Of a stretch of 64,000 nt of DNA, positions 19,674 through 29,258 are shown piece by piece. How positions within the stretch are numbered: the first letter of the stretch is position 1; each line of letters opens with the position of its first letter. Both the position numbers and the translations under genes were made by a program. Source of the DNA: Escherichia phage SUT_E420; the sequence record OQ990039; one strand, written 5' to 3'. The notes under the pieces are model-generated. The model saw nothing but the letters and a program-made list of their open reading frames with translations. It had not been told where the DNA came from and searched no databases.

Positions 19674-19885
19674 GGCTTTCTCCTATCTTCAAAAANNNNN
19701 NNNNNNNNNNNNNNNNNNNNNNNNNNNNNNNNNNNNNNNNNNNNNNNNNNNNNNNNNNNNNNNNNNNNNNNNNNNNNNNNNNNNNNNNNNNNNNNCTAGA
19801 CTTATTTTCCAGATACCTAGCAGCATCATAGTGAATAGTTCTGCAAACATGGCTTTCTCCTATCTTCAAAAATTATTAAAGCCCC

Positions 19886-19917
19886 CTTTGCCTAAAAAGG
19901 CGGGAATATTCCCGCCT
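19886..19917 (-). terminator. rho-independent terminator after endolysin gene
   Basis: Stem AGGCGGGA/TCCCGCCT, followed on the minus strand by TTTTTAGG. Confidence 0.65.
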
Positions 19918-19927
19918 CAGTTATTAA

Positions 19928-20341
19928 TTAAACTAGTTCGACATGACCGCCATCATAGGTACCACGTTTTATTTCGTCGTGATAATCTCCCGAAGCATTC
20001 CAATCAGCACCAAAACGAAGTTTAATGCCTAGTTCTTTACCCGCTTGTTCAAAAGCCTTTTTAACTGCCCAAAATGCTTCTAAATCATTCCAATCAATTT
20101 TGCCATTAATGTATGGAGCAAAATCAAGGGCATCCCCAGTAATATGCTTGCTTTTACTAGGATCTTTTAAAAATGAAGTACCATTAGCAATATTCTGGGC
20201 ACTTTGTGCTACTGTACGAATACCCTGTACGATCGTGAAATCATATGGAGATAATTCTAAAGCTCTACGAGCTACTTTTTGTAGCTCTGGCTTAACGGTA
20301 GCTAATTGTTTTTCGCTATTTTTACCAAATTTAAAACTCAT
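19928..20341 (-). CDS. lys: endolysin, L-alanyl-D-glutamate peptidase (M15-like)
   Basis: 137 aa; size and content match T5-type endolysin; immediately downstream of holin gene with overlapping stop/start. Confidence 0.8.
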   Translation of the reverse strand: MSFKFGKNSEKQLATVKPELQKVARRALELSPYDFTIVQGIRTVAQSAQNIANGTSFLKDPSKSKHITGDALDFAPYINGKIDWNDLEAFWAVKKAFEQAGKELGIKLRFGADWNASGDYHDEIKRGTYDGGHVELV

Positions 20342-20994
20342 ATTGATCTACCTAAAGATCTCTGTTGTGGGGAACAGAGCTTTGTTAAATATTCCTTAAA
20401 TTTCTCAGAATCGGCTGCATCTACAGGATTATCTTTCCAAGCAATACCAATATATCCAGCATAGATATTGTTTAGATTGAAATATGGACAAGTGTATATG
20501 TAATTAAAAGTAACGTTCTTAAACGCAGGTATATTTAACCCCGTATATTTATTTACTCTTACACTTAAATCCGATGCGTAGTTAAAGCCCTCTAAGTGAC
20601 GTCTGTATAGCTCAGACGTTTTATTTACTGCTTTATCGGCCAAGTCAGCCCTATCTAATTGCGCATTGCTTTCCCATGCAATAATGTTAGAATAATCATT
20701 AATGGCATCGGGTTTATACTTGACTACAAAAACAGCATCCGCACCCGTTTGAGAAAAGAGTACCATGCTCTTTTCTCTAGCTACATTAGGAAAGTTATCT
20801 ATCCTTTGAGTTTGAACATCCTGTAGAACCGCAGACGTGGAGAAAGTCTTTAAGAATGACATCACCTCGCTAGTATTACTAACAAATAAGAAAATAATGA
20901 TAGCAACTAAGATAGTTAGCAGACGTTTAAGAAGTGATGCTGGATCTTTCGCTTCTTGGAGCAGTACCGTTAATAATTGTAAGAACTTTTCCAA
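20338..20994 (-). CDS. holin
   Basis: 218 aa, N-terminal TM segment, directly upstream of endolysin; apparent TTG start preceded by GAGGAGG. Confidence 0.7.
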   Translation of the reverse strand: MEKFLQLLTVLLQEAKDPASLLKRLLTILVAIIIFLFVSNTSEVMSFLKTFSTSAVLQDVQTQRIDNFPNVAREKSMVLFSQTGADAVFVVKYKPDAINDYSNIIAWESNAQLDRADLADKAVNKTSELYRRHLEGFNYASDLSVRVNKYTGLNIPAFKNVTFNYIYTCPYFNLNNIYAGYIGIAWKDNPVDAADSEKFKEYLTKLCSPQQRSLGRSI

Positions 20995-21018
20995 TTGTAA
21001 CCTCCTCTAACCAGTACC

Positions 21019-21047
21019 ATTATACTAATTTTGGAGGAAAATTACAA
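21019..21047 (-). promoter_or_regulatory. candidate promoter for holin-endolysin (-35 TTGTAA, -10 TATAAT)
   Basis: ATTATA then 17 bp then TTACAA on plus strand; weaker -35 than other promoters. Confidence 0.4.
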
Positions 21048-21106
21048 TGTGTTTTTAAAGATTTTCTTTGGAGCACAAAATTTTGTCGTTGTCAAGAAGA
21101 ATTTTA

Positions 21107-21140
21107 GATAAAAGAAAAGCCAGGGTTGTTAAACCCTGGC
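21107..21140 (-). terminator. rho-independent terminator
   Basis: Stem GCCAGGG/CCCTGGC, then TTTTCTTTT on the minus strand, downstream of ClpP-like gene. Confidence 0.65.
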
Positions 21141-21150
21141 TTAAAACTAC

Positions 21151-21750
21151 TTACTCTTCTTTATGCTCCTCTGATTGAGGTAACTGGGCTTTATTATACT
21201 GCTCAGATCGATATTTTGCCAAGATTTCAATACGCTTATGGATTTCTTTGCTATCTAGATAGATATTTTTGTTGTCTTTTACCATCTCATCGATTTCGTC
21301 TATTGAGAAAAACGGATAGTAGACATCTAGCATCATATCTTCTACGAACTTGTTGTAAGATTCATAGGCTTTCTTGATTTCTTGACCCTTCTCACAGAAT
21401 CCTCCAGAGAACGTGTGTCCCATTAGCGTAGCATGTGGATGTACTACCCACCCATGACAGGATAGGAAAATTGTGCAGTAAGCAGAAGCACTAGGACCAA
21501 CCAGATGTCCTATAACTGTTCCACGGCAATTAGCAATTAAGTTAGATAACTGTGCAGCAGTATCAACATAACCACCAGGGCCATTAATCATCAGATTAAT
21601 TTCGTCGTCCTCATTTGCTTGCATAAGTACCATTGATAAATCACGGTATTCATCCGGCGGGCCTAATTCTTCATCAAAGAAAAAGGTATACTCATTAGAT
21701 TGGCGAATGGAGTGAAACAGGTTAGTCTTTTCTTCTTTTTTATTAGTCAT
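21151..21750 (-). CDS. ClpP-like serine protease (S14 family)
   Basis: 199 aa; LMINGPGG motif similar to the ClpP INSPGG signature. Confidence 0.6.
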   Translation of the reverse strand: MTNKKEEKTNLFHSIRQSNEYTFFFDEELGPPDEYRDLSMVLMQANEDDEINLMINGPGGYVDTAAQLSNLIANCRGTVIGHLVGPSASAYCTIFLSCHGWVVHPHATLMGHTFSGGFCEKGQEIKKAYESYNKFVEDMMLDVYYPFFSIDEIDEMVKDNKNIYLDSKEIHKRIEILAKYRSEQYNKAQLPQSEEHKEE

Positions 21751-21762
21751 AGTGATCCTTGA

Positions 21763-22515
21763 TTATCCAACTAGTGGTTCTAGCTCTAAGTCACAGAAGT
21801 TATAAACTTCTAGTTTAAGGTTATTGATACCATCGAATTTATTAACTAATTCGTGAGTAATATATTTTGCAGGAATACCACTTTCAGATGGATGATCTGA
21901 TTTAATAGTGAACTTCTGCTCAGCGGGTACTACATTTACTATCAAAGAATCCATATCTAAATGGTTTGTTTCTCTGAGTAACTCTCCTTCATTGGGGAAT
22001 CTAACATCTGTTATTACGGCGACATCTGGGTCGTCTTTAGCGATGGATTGCTCCAGAATTATGAGCCAAATGCGTTCATGCACCAGCTGCCTTCCTAGCT
22101 CTGTCCCTACGAGCTGTAACATTTTTCTCGGAGAAATAAATAAGCTATAAAGACCGTCTTCTTTATTCTCTGATATAAGTTGTTGAGGATTAAGATATTT
22201 TTCCTCAAAAATAGGCCAAACGTACGAGAAGTCTTCAAACTTATCGATACCGTACTTAAACCACACATCCCTGGCTCGTTCCAACTGAGATTGTGTGACC
22301 GTAAACCATTGGTCAATCTCTTTTCCCCTGCGCTCTCCTAGAAACTCTGGAGTTACACCGAGGATTACGGATGCAAGTTCATAAACGGGCTTAGCAAAAC
22401 TATAACGACGAGATAAACACGTTGGATACGTGTCATTACACCAATCGATAATTAATTTTGCAACGGTATCTTTTCCCGAACCAGCTTCACCATGTAAACC
22501 GACTAATACTGACAT
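21763..22515 (-). CDS. dnk: deoxynucleoside monophosphate kinase
   Basis: 250 aa; P-loop GLHGEAGSGKDT at N-terminus; size consistent with T5 dNMP kinase. Confidence 0.7.
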   Translation of the reverse strand: MSVLVGLHGEAGSGKDTVAKLIIDWCNDTYPTCLSRRYSFAKPVYELASVILGVTPEFLGERRGKEIDQWFTVTQSQLERARDVWFKYGIDKFEDFSYVWPIFEEKYLNPQQLISENKEDGLYSLFISPRKMLQLVGTELGRQLVHERIWLIILEQSIAKDDPDVAVITDVRFPNEGELLRETNHLDMDSLIVNVVPAEQKFTIKSDHPSESGIPAKYITHELVNKFDGINNLKLEVYNFCDLELEPLVG

Positions 22516-22868
22516 TAATCTTTCCTATTGTTAATTGGTGGATAGTAAACTAAGCAACGTTTTTCTTGTAAATCTTGACGATAGAAGCAGACCATACCAG
22601 TCAGTCGTGAAATGTAAGAGTAAACTGCTTCCTCACATTTTGCTTTTGCATTCCAATCTTTGTATGGTATAACAACTACTACGCCATCTTCTCCATTTGT
22701 AGCTAATTTCTTTTCAAACTTAAAGTCAAAGCTACAAGGTTGAAGTCCTTTAGGCCAGTCTACATGAGCTTGCTTTAACTCATGAGATGGCTCTGGTTTT
22801 ATTTCTTCTGCACAGCCTGTGATTGTGATTGTGGCTGCGAGCAGTACTCCAAGTTTCCAGTTAAACAC
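22515..22868 (-). CDS. lipoprotein, o-spanin-like
   Basis: 117 aa; signal peptide plus lipobox ITGC; start overlaps end of upstream membrane/coiled-coil protein. Confidence 0.5.
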   Translation of the reverse strand: MFNWKLGVLLAATITITGCAEEIKPEPSHELKQAHVDWPKGLQPCSFDFKFEKKLATNGEDGVVVVIPYKDWNAKAKCEEAVYSYISRLTGMVCFYRQDLQEKRCLVYYPPINNRKD

Positions 22869-23248
22869 GCTAATCTTTCCTCGAACTCTTTATTCTGCTT
22901 TTTAGCAATCAATGTTACCAATCCAGGTTTTGCAGCGATAACATCTTGACGACTAAGAGCTTTATCTAGCTGCTTAATCTTTTTGTCTAGATCTGCTTGA
23001 GAAATATTATTCATCGTGAAATACTGATTCATTCTAGTCTCACGAAGTTCACTTTCAGCTTTCACCTTATTAAGGGAAGTCTCTAGAGAAGAGATCTTTT
23101 TAGTAGCTACTGCAAGATCTCCCGCTAAAGTCTCCACTTTATCTACTAAGTGATAAGCACCGAATCCGATGCCTATCGCTAGACCTGCTCCCAGGATATA
23201 CCACTTACCGTGCCATATTCCTGAAAGAAGTTTTTGTATCAAATCCAT
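22799..23248 (-). CDS. membrane-anchored coiled-coil protein, i-spanin-like
   Basis: 149 aa; N-terminal TM then long coiled coil; overlaps downstream lipoprotein gene. Confidence 0.5.
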   Translation of the reverse strand: MDLIQKLLSGIWHGKWYILGAGLAIGIGFGAYHLVDKVETLAGDLAVATKKISSLETSLNKVKAESELRETRMNQYFTMNNISQADLDKKIKQLDKALSRQDVIAAKPGLVTLIAKKQNKEFEERLACLTGNLEYCSQPQSQSQAVQKK

Positions 23249-23903
23249 GCGCTGCTAACCTGTCTTTATCTGATACTTTAATCATATCAGGCTCACCAGT
23301 TCCTAGTACTCCAAAGATATACTGTTCGAGAACTTGGTGTAAACGGTATAAGTTACTTTCAATTTCCTGCCACGGAATACCTGATTGATGGAAACGAATG
23401 TTAGTCTGAATCACGAAGTTACGAACATCATCGTTATCGTTCTTTTTAATACCTTTCACATATGCAATCGGTACACGCAGTTCGGATAAGATACGTTCTG
23501 CTTTAGGTTTTGCTTCCGCGAGCAAATCACGCATTGTTTCACGAACATCTCCGCGACTCTTATCCATTAAATAAGAGCGAGCATGCAATCCCATCTCTTC
23601 CATTTTATCGAACATAGTGTCGAGGTTGAACGTTTTGAAGCTAAATGCTGGATGCCAGCAGTACAGCTCGTGTAACCAGTAAACTTCACCTGCAACAAAT
23701 AGTGGGTTTACAAAATATTCGAAATCACCACGGAAAGATAGCGAACCATCACGAAATACCTGGCGAGTATGCACAATGTTCTTTTCTGCATCATCGGTTA
23801 CTTTGACCAGCAACTCTTCAGTTTTACGTTCCCAAACACGATCTGGGTCGAACAAACTGTTCTGCAAGTCATACACATCGGCGAACTTAGAAATAATCCT
23901 CAT
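23205..23903 (-). CDS. hypothetical protein
   Basis: 232-aa ORF preceded by promoter 23935-23963. Confidence 0.55.
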   Translation of the reverse strand: MRIISKFADVYDLQNSLFDPDRVWERKTEELLVKVTDDAEKNIVHTRQVFRDGSLSFRGDFEYFVNPLFVAGEVYWLHELYCWHPAFSFKTFNLDTMFDKMEEMGLHARSYLMDKSRGDVRETMRDLLAEAKPKAERILSELRVPIAYVKGIKKNDNDDVRNFVIQTNIRFHQSGIPWQEIESNLYRLHQVLEQYIFGVLGTGEPDMIKVSDKDRLAAHGFDTKTSFRNMAR

Positions 23904-23934
23904 ATTTAATCCTCTTGCCTCAATCTATAAACAT

Positions 23935-23963
23935 ATTATACAAAAGTTTGGGCATCTAAGTAA
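23935..23963 (-). promoter_or_regulatory. T5-early-type promoter (-35 TTACTT, -10 TATAAT)
   Basis: Hexamers 17 bp apart, conserved leader motif. Confidence 0.5.
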
Positions 23964-23965
23964 CT

Positions 23966-24013
23966 AAAATTTTATTATAAAAATAGCCCAGTCGCAAAAG
24001 TGCAGGCTGGGCT
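23966..24013 (-). terminator. rho-independent terminator (bidirectional)
   Basis: Stem AGCCCAG/CTGGGCT with T-rich flanks. Confidence 0.55.
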
Positions 24014-24057
24014 TTGTCATTATTTGCTTTTGCTAGTAAGTTGATTTAGTATCAATC

Positions 24058-24438
24058 TTATGTAATATTAGTTTCTCTAGCTTTGCGTAGTACCCCTGCG
24101 TTTCTCCACAATTTGATGTCGGCAACTGTTTCTTTATATGGAGCAATGGTAGAACCAATTGGGCCAGCAACTAATAGTCCAAAGAACCCTACAATACGCA
24201 TGTAGAACAAGCATTCTTTGGCTGTCATATTATTTACTGCTTTTTTCTGCTTTTCATCTTTAAACTTCTGTTCTTGATCATCAATACGTAGATACTTAAC
24301 AAACCATTCAGCAGAATGTTCATCCAAATGTCTAATAATAGCTATCGCATATCCAGCACCGATTAAAAACCAAGTTGTAACAAGAATTAGTAATATAGTC
24401 ATATTATCTCCAGTTATGGCTAGCAGCCACCTCACCAC
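24058..24438 (-). CDS. membrane protein
   Basis: 126 aa, two or three TM helices. Confidence 0.5.
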   Translation of the reverse strand: MVRWLLAITGDNMTILLILVTTWFLIGAGYAIAIIRHLDEHSAEWFVKYLRIDDQEQKFKDEKQKKAVNNMTAKECLFYMRIVGFFGLLVAGPIGSTIAPYKETVADIKLWRNAGVLRKARETNIT

Positions 24439-24512
24439 TTACCGCACTAAGGGGCACGACTCCCTTATCCGTAACAGTTGCAGGTGACGCAACTCGGTCC
24501 TACGCGAGTTCT

Positions 24513-24797
24513 TTAGGTATTCTGCATTTCAGCTTTAAATTTTTTCATATTACGAGTCTTTCTATAAAAGAAAAACACAGATGTTGGGCCTAGAAGAATA
24601 TCCACAATAAATATCATAGATCTAGCACATCTGAGTAATGTTTTATCATCAAGAGGAGGCAGATCTAACGGTCGAGTTTTATGTATAACGTATAATATTA
24701 CATCTTTATTCTTAGAAATATACAGATCATCAACCAAGCTGTAAATAGCTACTATAGATCCAATGACGAACCAAAGGGCAAATGGAGAGATAATCAT
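24513..24797 (-). CDS. membrane protein
   Basis: 94 aa, hydrophobic. Confidence 0.45.
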   Translation of the reverse strand: MIISPFALWFVIGSIVAIYSLVDDLYISKNKDVILYVIHKTRPLDLPPLDDKTLLRCARSMIFIVDILLGPTSVFFFYRKTRNMKKFKAEMQNT

Positions 24798-25090
24798 TTC
24801 AGATCCTTTTCATTAATTAGAATATTAGTAAACAGTGGAGTAACTCCTAGACTCATAGTAGGTCCAAACGTATTCATGGCTACCCACAATTGCATAGTAA
24901 TCATCCCATCTTTAATCTCTGGATCTTTATATTCTTCGATACGTTTTTTAGCAAAGGCAACTACATCTGGAGTACTACCGTTCTTTACAACATGATCATG
25001 CCAAAACTGAGCGTTTTCACTCCGTAGGAATGTTAAAACATCCTTAGTTGCTGGAATCTGCACTATGCTATTGATGTTTAGTCTTTTCAC
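24794..25090 (-). CDS. hypothetical protein
   Basis: 98-aa ORF. Confidence 0.45.
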   Translation of the reverse strand: MKRLNINSIVQIPATKDVLTFLRSENAQFWHDHVVKNGSTPDVVAFAKKRIEEYKDPEIKDGMITMQLWVAMNTFGPTMSLGVTPLFTNILINEKDLK

Positions 25091-25664
25091 GTTCTTCTCT
25101 CCGACGTTTAGATTCTTTCATCATATGAGCTGCTACAACTTCGTGGTAGTAGTCATTAATGTTATCTTCTGGCAAGAAATGCTTAATAGTCTCTAGCTGA
25201 CAAATAACTCGATGAAGATGGTTATTTGGTAGACACAATTTTATGCCTGCAACAAATCCAGAGAAGCCTGGAACACTGAACATGGGTTGGGCTTCTACTC
25301 TACCTTCAGGGTTGATATTAAGCTCAATTGAGATACCCATTTTCATACTATAAAGCTGGCAATATTCTCCATTACCAGACCTTGACCNNNNNNNNNNNNN
25401 NNNNNNNNNNNNNNNNNNNNNNNNNNNNNNNNNNNNNNNNNNNNNNNNNNNNNNNNNNNNNNNNNNNNNNNNNNNNNNNNNNNNNNNGTTGATATTAAGC
25501 TCAATTGAGATACCCATTTTCATACTATAAAGCTGGCAATATTCTCCATTACCAGACCTTGACCAAACAGTGAAATCCTCATCAATTTGATCTTGGATTT
25601 CTGTAATTGCAAATTTAATTCTAGGGTCTAAATTATTCATCTTCACCTTCAAAGTCGCAATCAT
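25068..25664 (-). CDS. hypothetical protein (inflated by N-gap 25388-25487)
   Basis: 198-aa ORF with X run and duplicated segment; true length about 139 aa. Confidence 0.45.
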   Translation of the reverse strand: MIATLKVKMNNLDPRIKFAITEIQDQIDEDFTVWSRSGNGEYCQLYSMKMGISIELNINXXXXXXXXXXXXXXXXXXXXXXXXXXXXXXXXXXSRSGNGEYCQLYSMKMGISIELNINPEGRVEAQPMFSVPGFSGFVAGIKLCLPNNHLHRVICQLETIKHFLPEDNINDYYHEVVAAHMMKESKRRREEREKTKHQ

Positions 25665-25998
25665 AACGACAAGTAAAAGAACTGGAGCTATTAGTACGTT
25701 GGGTGGTTATTTCACCGCGTTTGCTAATAGTAATGGCTGGAGTAGAGAAGTTTTTATTAGTATAGATTTCTACTTTACCATTACGTTCCTTAACATCACG
25801 AACTTTACCATACTCGGTAATAATGCCGTTCTGTTGGACTTTAACATTACCATTTTTCATAGAAACTTTGGTAGACGCCAGAGAACCGAAACTAACTGCG
25901 GAGATCATCAGTGCAATAATAAACTTATTCATCTTCATCCTCCCCACTACAATCACGACATACATCATAATCATTGAAAGAACGTTCGTGAGCTTCAC
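25633..25998 (-). CDS. secreted/periplasmic protein
   Basis: 121 aa; signal-peptide-like FIIALMISAVSFGSLAS. Confidence 0.45.
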   Translation of the reverse strand: MKLTNVLSMIMMYVVIVVGRMKMNKFIIALMISAVSFGSLASTKVSMKNGNVKVQQNGIITEYGKVRDVKERNGKVEIYTNKNFSTPAITISKRGEITTQRTNSSSSFTCRYDCDFEGEDE

Positions 25999-26206
25999 AC
26001 CACCAAGAACAAGAATCGCAGAGGAACATTTCGGTTTTCTCCAGTGCTTGACCTAAAAGATCATCAGCTTCCTCAGCAGTAATCTTCAATCCGCACACAT
26101 CTGCCACACGTTCTTTAATTAAACGACCTGCTTCGTGGTAAGACATACAGGTTCCAGCAACATCATGCTCAAGAACATGAACAGCACAGTCTAGACGAGT
26201 TTTCAT
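25925..26206 (-). CDS. Cys-rich small protein
   Basis: 93 aa; CDSCSWWCEAH and CRDCSGEDEDE clusters. Confidence 0.45.
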   Translation of the reverse strand: MKTRLDCAVHVLEHDVAGTCMSYHEAGRLIKERVADVCGLKITAEEADDLLGQALEKTEMFLCDSCSWWCEAHERSFNDYDVCRDCSGEDEDE

Positions 26207-26236
26207 TTCAAACCTCTCTCATCAATTTATAAACAT

Positions 26237-26265
26237 ATTATAGCAAGAAAAGAGAGGTTTAGCAA
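26237..26265 (-). promoter_or_regulatory. T5-early-type promoter (-35 TTGCTA, -10 TATAAT)
   Basis: 17-bp spacer; leader TCATCAATTTATAAA on plus strand. Confidence 0.6.
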
Positions 26266-26282
26266 ATGAATTATTTCAGAAT

Positions 26283-26630
26283 TTAGTCATAGCACCACCA
26301 TAACCCACGCTTACGCATGTCATGATCGCGATTATAGTCGTAATTTTCTGGATCTTTCATCACGCGGTGAAGTTCTTGACGATTCCCTTGACGAACCATT
26401 TTATTAGAGTGCCACTTAACATTCTTACTAATGGAATTCCAGTTATAACCATCCTTTTTCTCATTACGAATGGTTGCTTCCTTCATTTCTTTTTTGATGT
26501 CGTCCCAGGATTTGGCATAAATAACACGAATCCAGTAGCCATTTTCTTTGAAGAAAGAATATTCTTGAGAGAAGTGTTCTTTAGACTTCCACCACTGATC
26601 ACCAGATTGTTTACGATAAGTACGGCTCAT
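26283..26630 (-). CDS. hypothetical protein
   Basis: 115-aa basic ORF. Confidence 0.5.
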   Translation of the reverse strand: MSRTYRKQSGDQWWKSKEHFSQEYSFFKENGYWIRVIYAKSWDDIKKEMKEATIRNEKKDGYNWNSISKNVKWHSNKMVRQGNRQELHRVMKDPENYDYNRDHDMRKRGLWWCYD

Positions 26631-26700
26631 ATTACCTCCATTAAGTCTTTTAAATTAACCTAATGTGGATGAATTTTATTATACATATATTATGTACCTT

Positions 26701-26741
26701 TATACAGAAAAACCCCAGACTACTTATTCAATAGCTGGGGT
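26701..26741 (-). terminator. rho-independent terminator
   Basis: Stem ACCCCAG/CTGGGGT, then TTTTCTG on the minus strand. Confidence 0.5.
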
Positions 26742-26751
26742 TTGTTATTAA

Positions 26752-27066
26752 TTACAGATCGGGGCGTTCATCTTCGGAATAGCCTGAGCTGATTCCTTCT
26801 CCGAATCCTACAAAGCCATCAAATTCATCATTTGAGATGCCCATAATCATTGCTTCCATTTTCCTAATCTCCGAAATTTTCATGCCTGCTTTACTATTCT
26901 TATAATATTTGCGAGGGTTCCCGCACATCCAACAAGAACAGATGCAAGGAGTAGTAGTGATAATACCTAACCGCTTAGGGCTTTCTTCATGTGGAAAGAC
27001 TGTCCAATACTTCTTGCGGTTGTTCTTCACACGTTGCCGGTGATGGCGTCTTAATGCTCGATCCAC
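26752..27066 (-). CDS. Cys-rich small protein
   Basis: 104 aa; CICSCWMC motif. Confidence 0.45.
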   Translation of the reverse strand: MDRALRRHHRQRVKNNRKKYWTVFPHEESPKRLGIITTTPCICSCWMCGNPRKYYKNSKAGMKISEIRKMEAMIMGISNDEFDGFVGFGEGISSGYSEDERPDL

Positions 27067-27394
27067 ACATTTCTCCTAAAACTTGGGAGATAAANNNNNN
27101 NNNNNNNNNNNNNNNNNNNNNNNNNNNNNNNNNNNNNNNNNNNNNNNNNNNNNNNNNNNNNNNNNNNNNNNNNNNNNNNNNNNNNNNNNNNNNNTGCTGA
27201 CCACCTTCGATTTGAGGGGCGACTTCCACTTTGACTTCACGGAAGGCTTCGGGATCGAATTGTGGTGTGATACCTTCTAGATCTTCAACTAGAACTTTCT
27301 GTTTAAGTTCACCGTTGTCGGAGTATAGCTGAATAATCTGATTTTCATGAACAAGGTTAATTACGCCAGATTTAAGATTTTGATATGCTTTCAT
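26987..27394 (-). CDS. hypothetical protein (interrupted by N-gap 27095-27194)
   Basis: ORF crosses N run; C-terminal part unreliable. Confidence 0.35.
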   Translation of the reverse strand: MKAYQNLKSGVINLVHENQIIQLYSDNGELKQKVLVEDLEGITPQFDPEAFREVKVEVAPQIEGGQXXXXXXXXXXXXXXXXXXXXXXXXXXXXXXXXXXFISQVLGEMCGSSIKTPSPATCEEQPQEVLDSLST

Positions 27395-27436
27395 TAGATC
27401 TCCCCGATGTTAGAATTTGGCTCAGCTATTTATTCT

Positions 27437-27631
27437 TTATACTTTTCCATAGTATACGGAAACTGTCTTACCAGTTTGGTTCATGACATATGCTACTTCA
27501 TCTTCTTTTAAAAAGATGGCTTGGTCTACTCCAACTATAGCCAATCTTTTATTTCTAGGATTAAAGCTTACACTTTTGCCTGTATGAATCTGTTCCCCAT
27601 TCTTGGCTGACATTATTTTAATTGTTAACAT
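27437..27631 (-). CDS. hypothetical protein
   Basis: 64-aa ORF. Confidence 0.45.
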   Translation of the reverse strand: MLTIKIMSAKNGEQIHTGKSVSFNPRNKRLAIVGVDQAIFLKEDEVAYVMNQTGKTVSVYYGKV

Positions 27632-27668
27632 AGCTGCTCCTAAAGTTAGCTATCTCTAGCTCTTTTAA

Positions 27669-27744
27669 TGGTAGTTAGTAGTGGATTTGAACCACTGTAG
27701 TCGCTCCGTATGAAGGAGGTGCATAACCACTCTGCCAACTAACT
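27669..27744 (-). tRNA. tRNA, anticodon CAT (Met or Ile2)
   Basis: Acceptor AGTTAGT/ACTAACT, anticodon loop TTCATAC, T-arm AGTGG-TTCAAAT-CCACT, CCA encoded. Confidence 0.7.
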
Positions 27745-27911
27745 AGTTAATTCTTTATAGGTTAGATCTAGAAGATCTTTCTTACTGATAAGTCCTTCTC
27801 TATATTGGTCAATAAACATATCTATTCTAGAGTTCTCTGAGACTTCTATATCAGAAAGTTCAGCAAATATTTTTGCAAGTTTATCAATATCTTCCATACA
27901 TAACCTTAATT

Positions 27912-27988
27912 TGGTACTCCGGGAGGGATTTAAACCCCCGATCTCTCGGTTATCAGCCGAGTGCTTTAGATCGCTAAGCTACCGAAGC
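27912..27988 (-). tRNA. tRNA-Ile (anticodon GAT)
   Basis: Acceptor GCTTCGG/CCGGAGT, anticodon stem CTCGG/CCGAG with loop CTGATAA, CCA encoded. Confidence 0.7.
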
Positions 27989-27989
27989 A

Positions 27990-28217
27990 TTAACATTTTG
28001 CAGCAGAACGTTTGCCATTTCTAGGTGCACCTGGAAGTCGTGCACGTTCTGCCATTCTTCGCTTAATCTTTGAGATATTTTCTAGTGTTTGTTCTTCAGG
28101 CTTAATACCTGAAACACTACACCACTGATTACCATCCCATGCGGTAATGATCATAACACCATTACTCATGATCTTTTCTGTAAAAGTAATCCTCATTATA
28201 GCAACTCGTCTAAGCAA
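27990..28217 (-). CDS. hypothetical protein
   Basis: 75-aa ORF; probable start at internal Met. Confidence 0.35.
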   Translation of the reverse strand: MLRRVAIMRITFTEKIMSNGVMIITAWDGNQWCSVSGIKPEEQTLENISKIKRRMAERARLPGAPRNGKRSAAKC

Positions 28218-28489
28218 GAGGTATATTTAAGTTTACCATCTTTATCTACTTTGATTTCGACTTCCGCTCGTGGTACTTGACGAACTACACCATGAATCAT
28301 CTTATAGCGAATGCCTTTAGCTGGTTCATGCTCTTTTGGAAATACTTGCTTAACCGTTACTACCTTAAAACCCTCACGCGGTGTTAACACTACTACTTGA
28401 TCACCTTCTTTGATCTTCCAAGAGCCAGGAAATTCATAGGTATAGCGTTGACCACCAGTTTGGAACACAACAGAAAGATAACGTTTCAT
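28196..28489 (-). CDS. hypothetical protein
   Basis: 97-aa ORF downstream of promoter 28520-28548. Confidence 0.5.
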   Translation of the reverse strand: MKRYLSVVFQTGGQRYTYEFPGSWKIKEGDQVVVLTPREGFKVVTVKQVFPKEHEPAKGIRYKMIHGVVRQVPRAEVEIKVDKDGKLKYTSCLDELL

Positions 28490-28519
28490 TTGGCTTCCCT
28501 CTCATTAATTTATATAAAT

Positions 28520-28548
28520 ATTATAACAATAAATAAGAGAGAAAGCAA
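28520..28548 (-). promoter_or_regulatory. T5-early-type promoter (-35 TTGCTT, -10 TATAAT)
   Basis: 17-bp spacer, conserved leader. Confidence 0.6.
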
Positions 28549-28556
28549 ATGAATTT

Positions 28557-28724
28557 TTAATAAAGTTTAGTCACTTCATAAACTATACTACGAGATTCTT
28601 TATTACGTTCTATTAAATTAGAATATGCTTTTTCAGCTTCATTTTTAGTATTAAAGTCTATAACGTGGGAGGTATTCGCTCTATTTGATTGACTATACCA
28701 GATAACTACTAATAATTTAAACAT
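28557..28724 (-). CDS. hypothetical protein
   Basis: ORF 28557-28751 trimmed to internal Met because upstream part overlaps tRNA. Confidence 0.4.
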   Translation of the reverse strand: MFKLLVVIWYSQSNRANTSHVIDFNTKNEAEKAYSNLIERNKESRSIVYEVTKLY

Positions 28725-28738
28725 AATAGTCCTTAAGT

Positions 28739-28825
28739 TGGTGCTGGGCACAGGATTCGAACCTGTAACGGGATTACTCCTCCTGATTACAAATCAGGTG
28801 CATTCAACCATTCTGCCAACCCAGC
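28739..28825 (-). tRNA. tRNA, 84 nt with long variable arm, apparent anticodon TGT
   Basis: Perfect acceptor GCTGGGT/GCCCAGC, T-arm ACAGG-TTCGAAT-CCTGT, anticodon stem CCTGA/TCAGG with loop TTTGTAA; 15-nt variable region atypical for Thr. Confidence 0.55.
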
Positions 28826-28990
28826 AGAACCCGTTATTTCAACGGGATTTCTTTTTCAATAACAGGAGACTTATCAGTCATAACCGCCATTGCCATTTGT
28901 TGTAGAAATTCAAAGGTGAAGGCTACACGTTCTTCACCAATCTCTACTTCTACACGTTTCTTTTGTTTATCGATCTTGACTTTTAGGTTA

Positions 28991-29242
28991 TCAGCCATTA
29001 GAGAGTACAGTACTGGTAGTTGGCAATACTACAGATGAAGCAACAGTGTTTAAATGCTTTCTCCAGTCTAGGTTAAATTGTTTTCGAAACTCTTCATAAG
29101 GTTCTTCTGGATAAAAGCTAAAACCTCCTTTCTCATCATTCAGGATAACAGAGCCGTCAGTTTGTTCGTATGCTCGGTATGTTTCTCCAATAACAATAAC
29201 TCGTTTTTCGGTACTTTTATTACGAAACTCAAAAACGTGCAT
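28991..29242 (-). CDS. hypothetical protein
   Basis: 83-aa ORF. Confidence 0.45.
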   Translation of the reverse strand: MHVFEFRNKSTEKRVIVIGETYRAYEQTDGSVILNDEKGGFSFYPEEPYEEFRKQFNLDWRKHLNTVASSVVLPTTSTVLSNG

Positions 29243-29258
29243 AATGTTTCCTTAAAGT

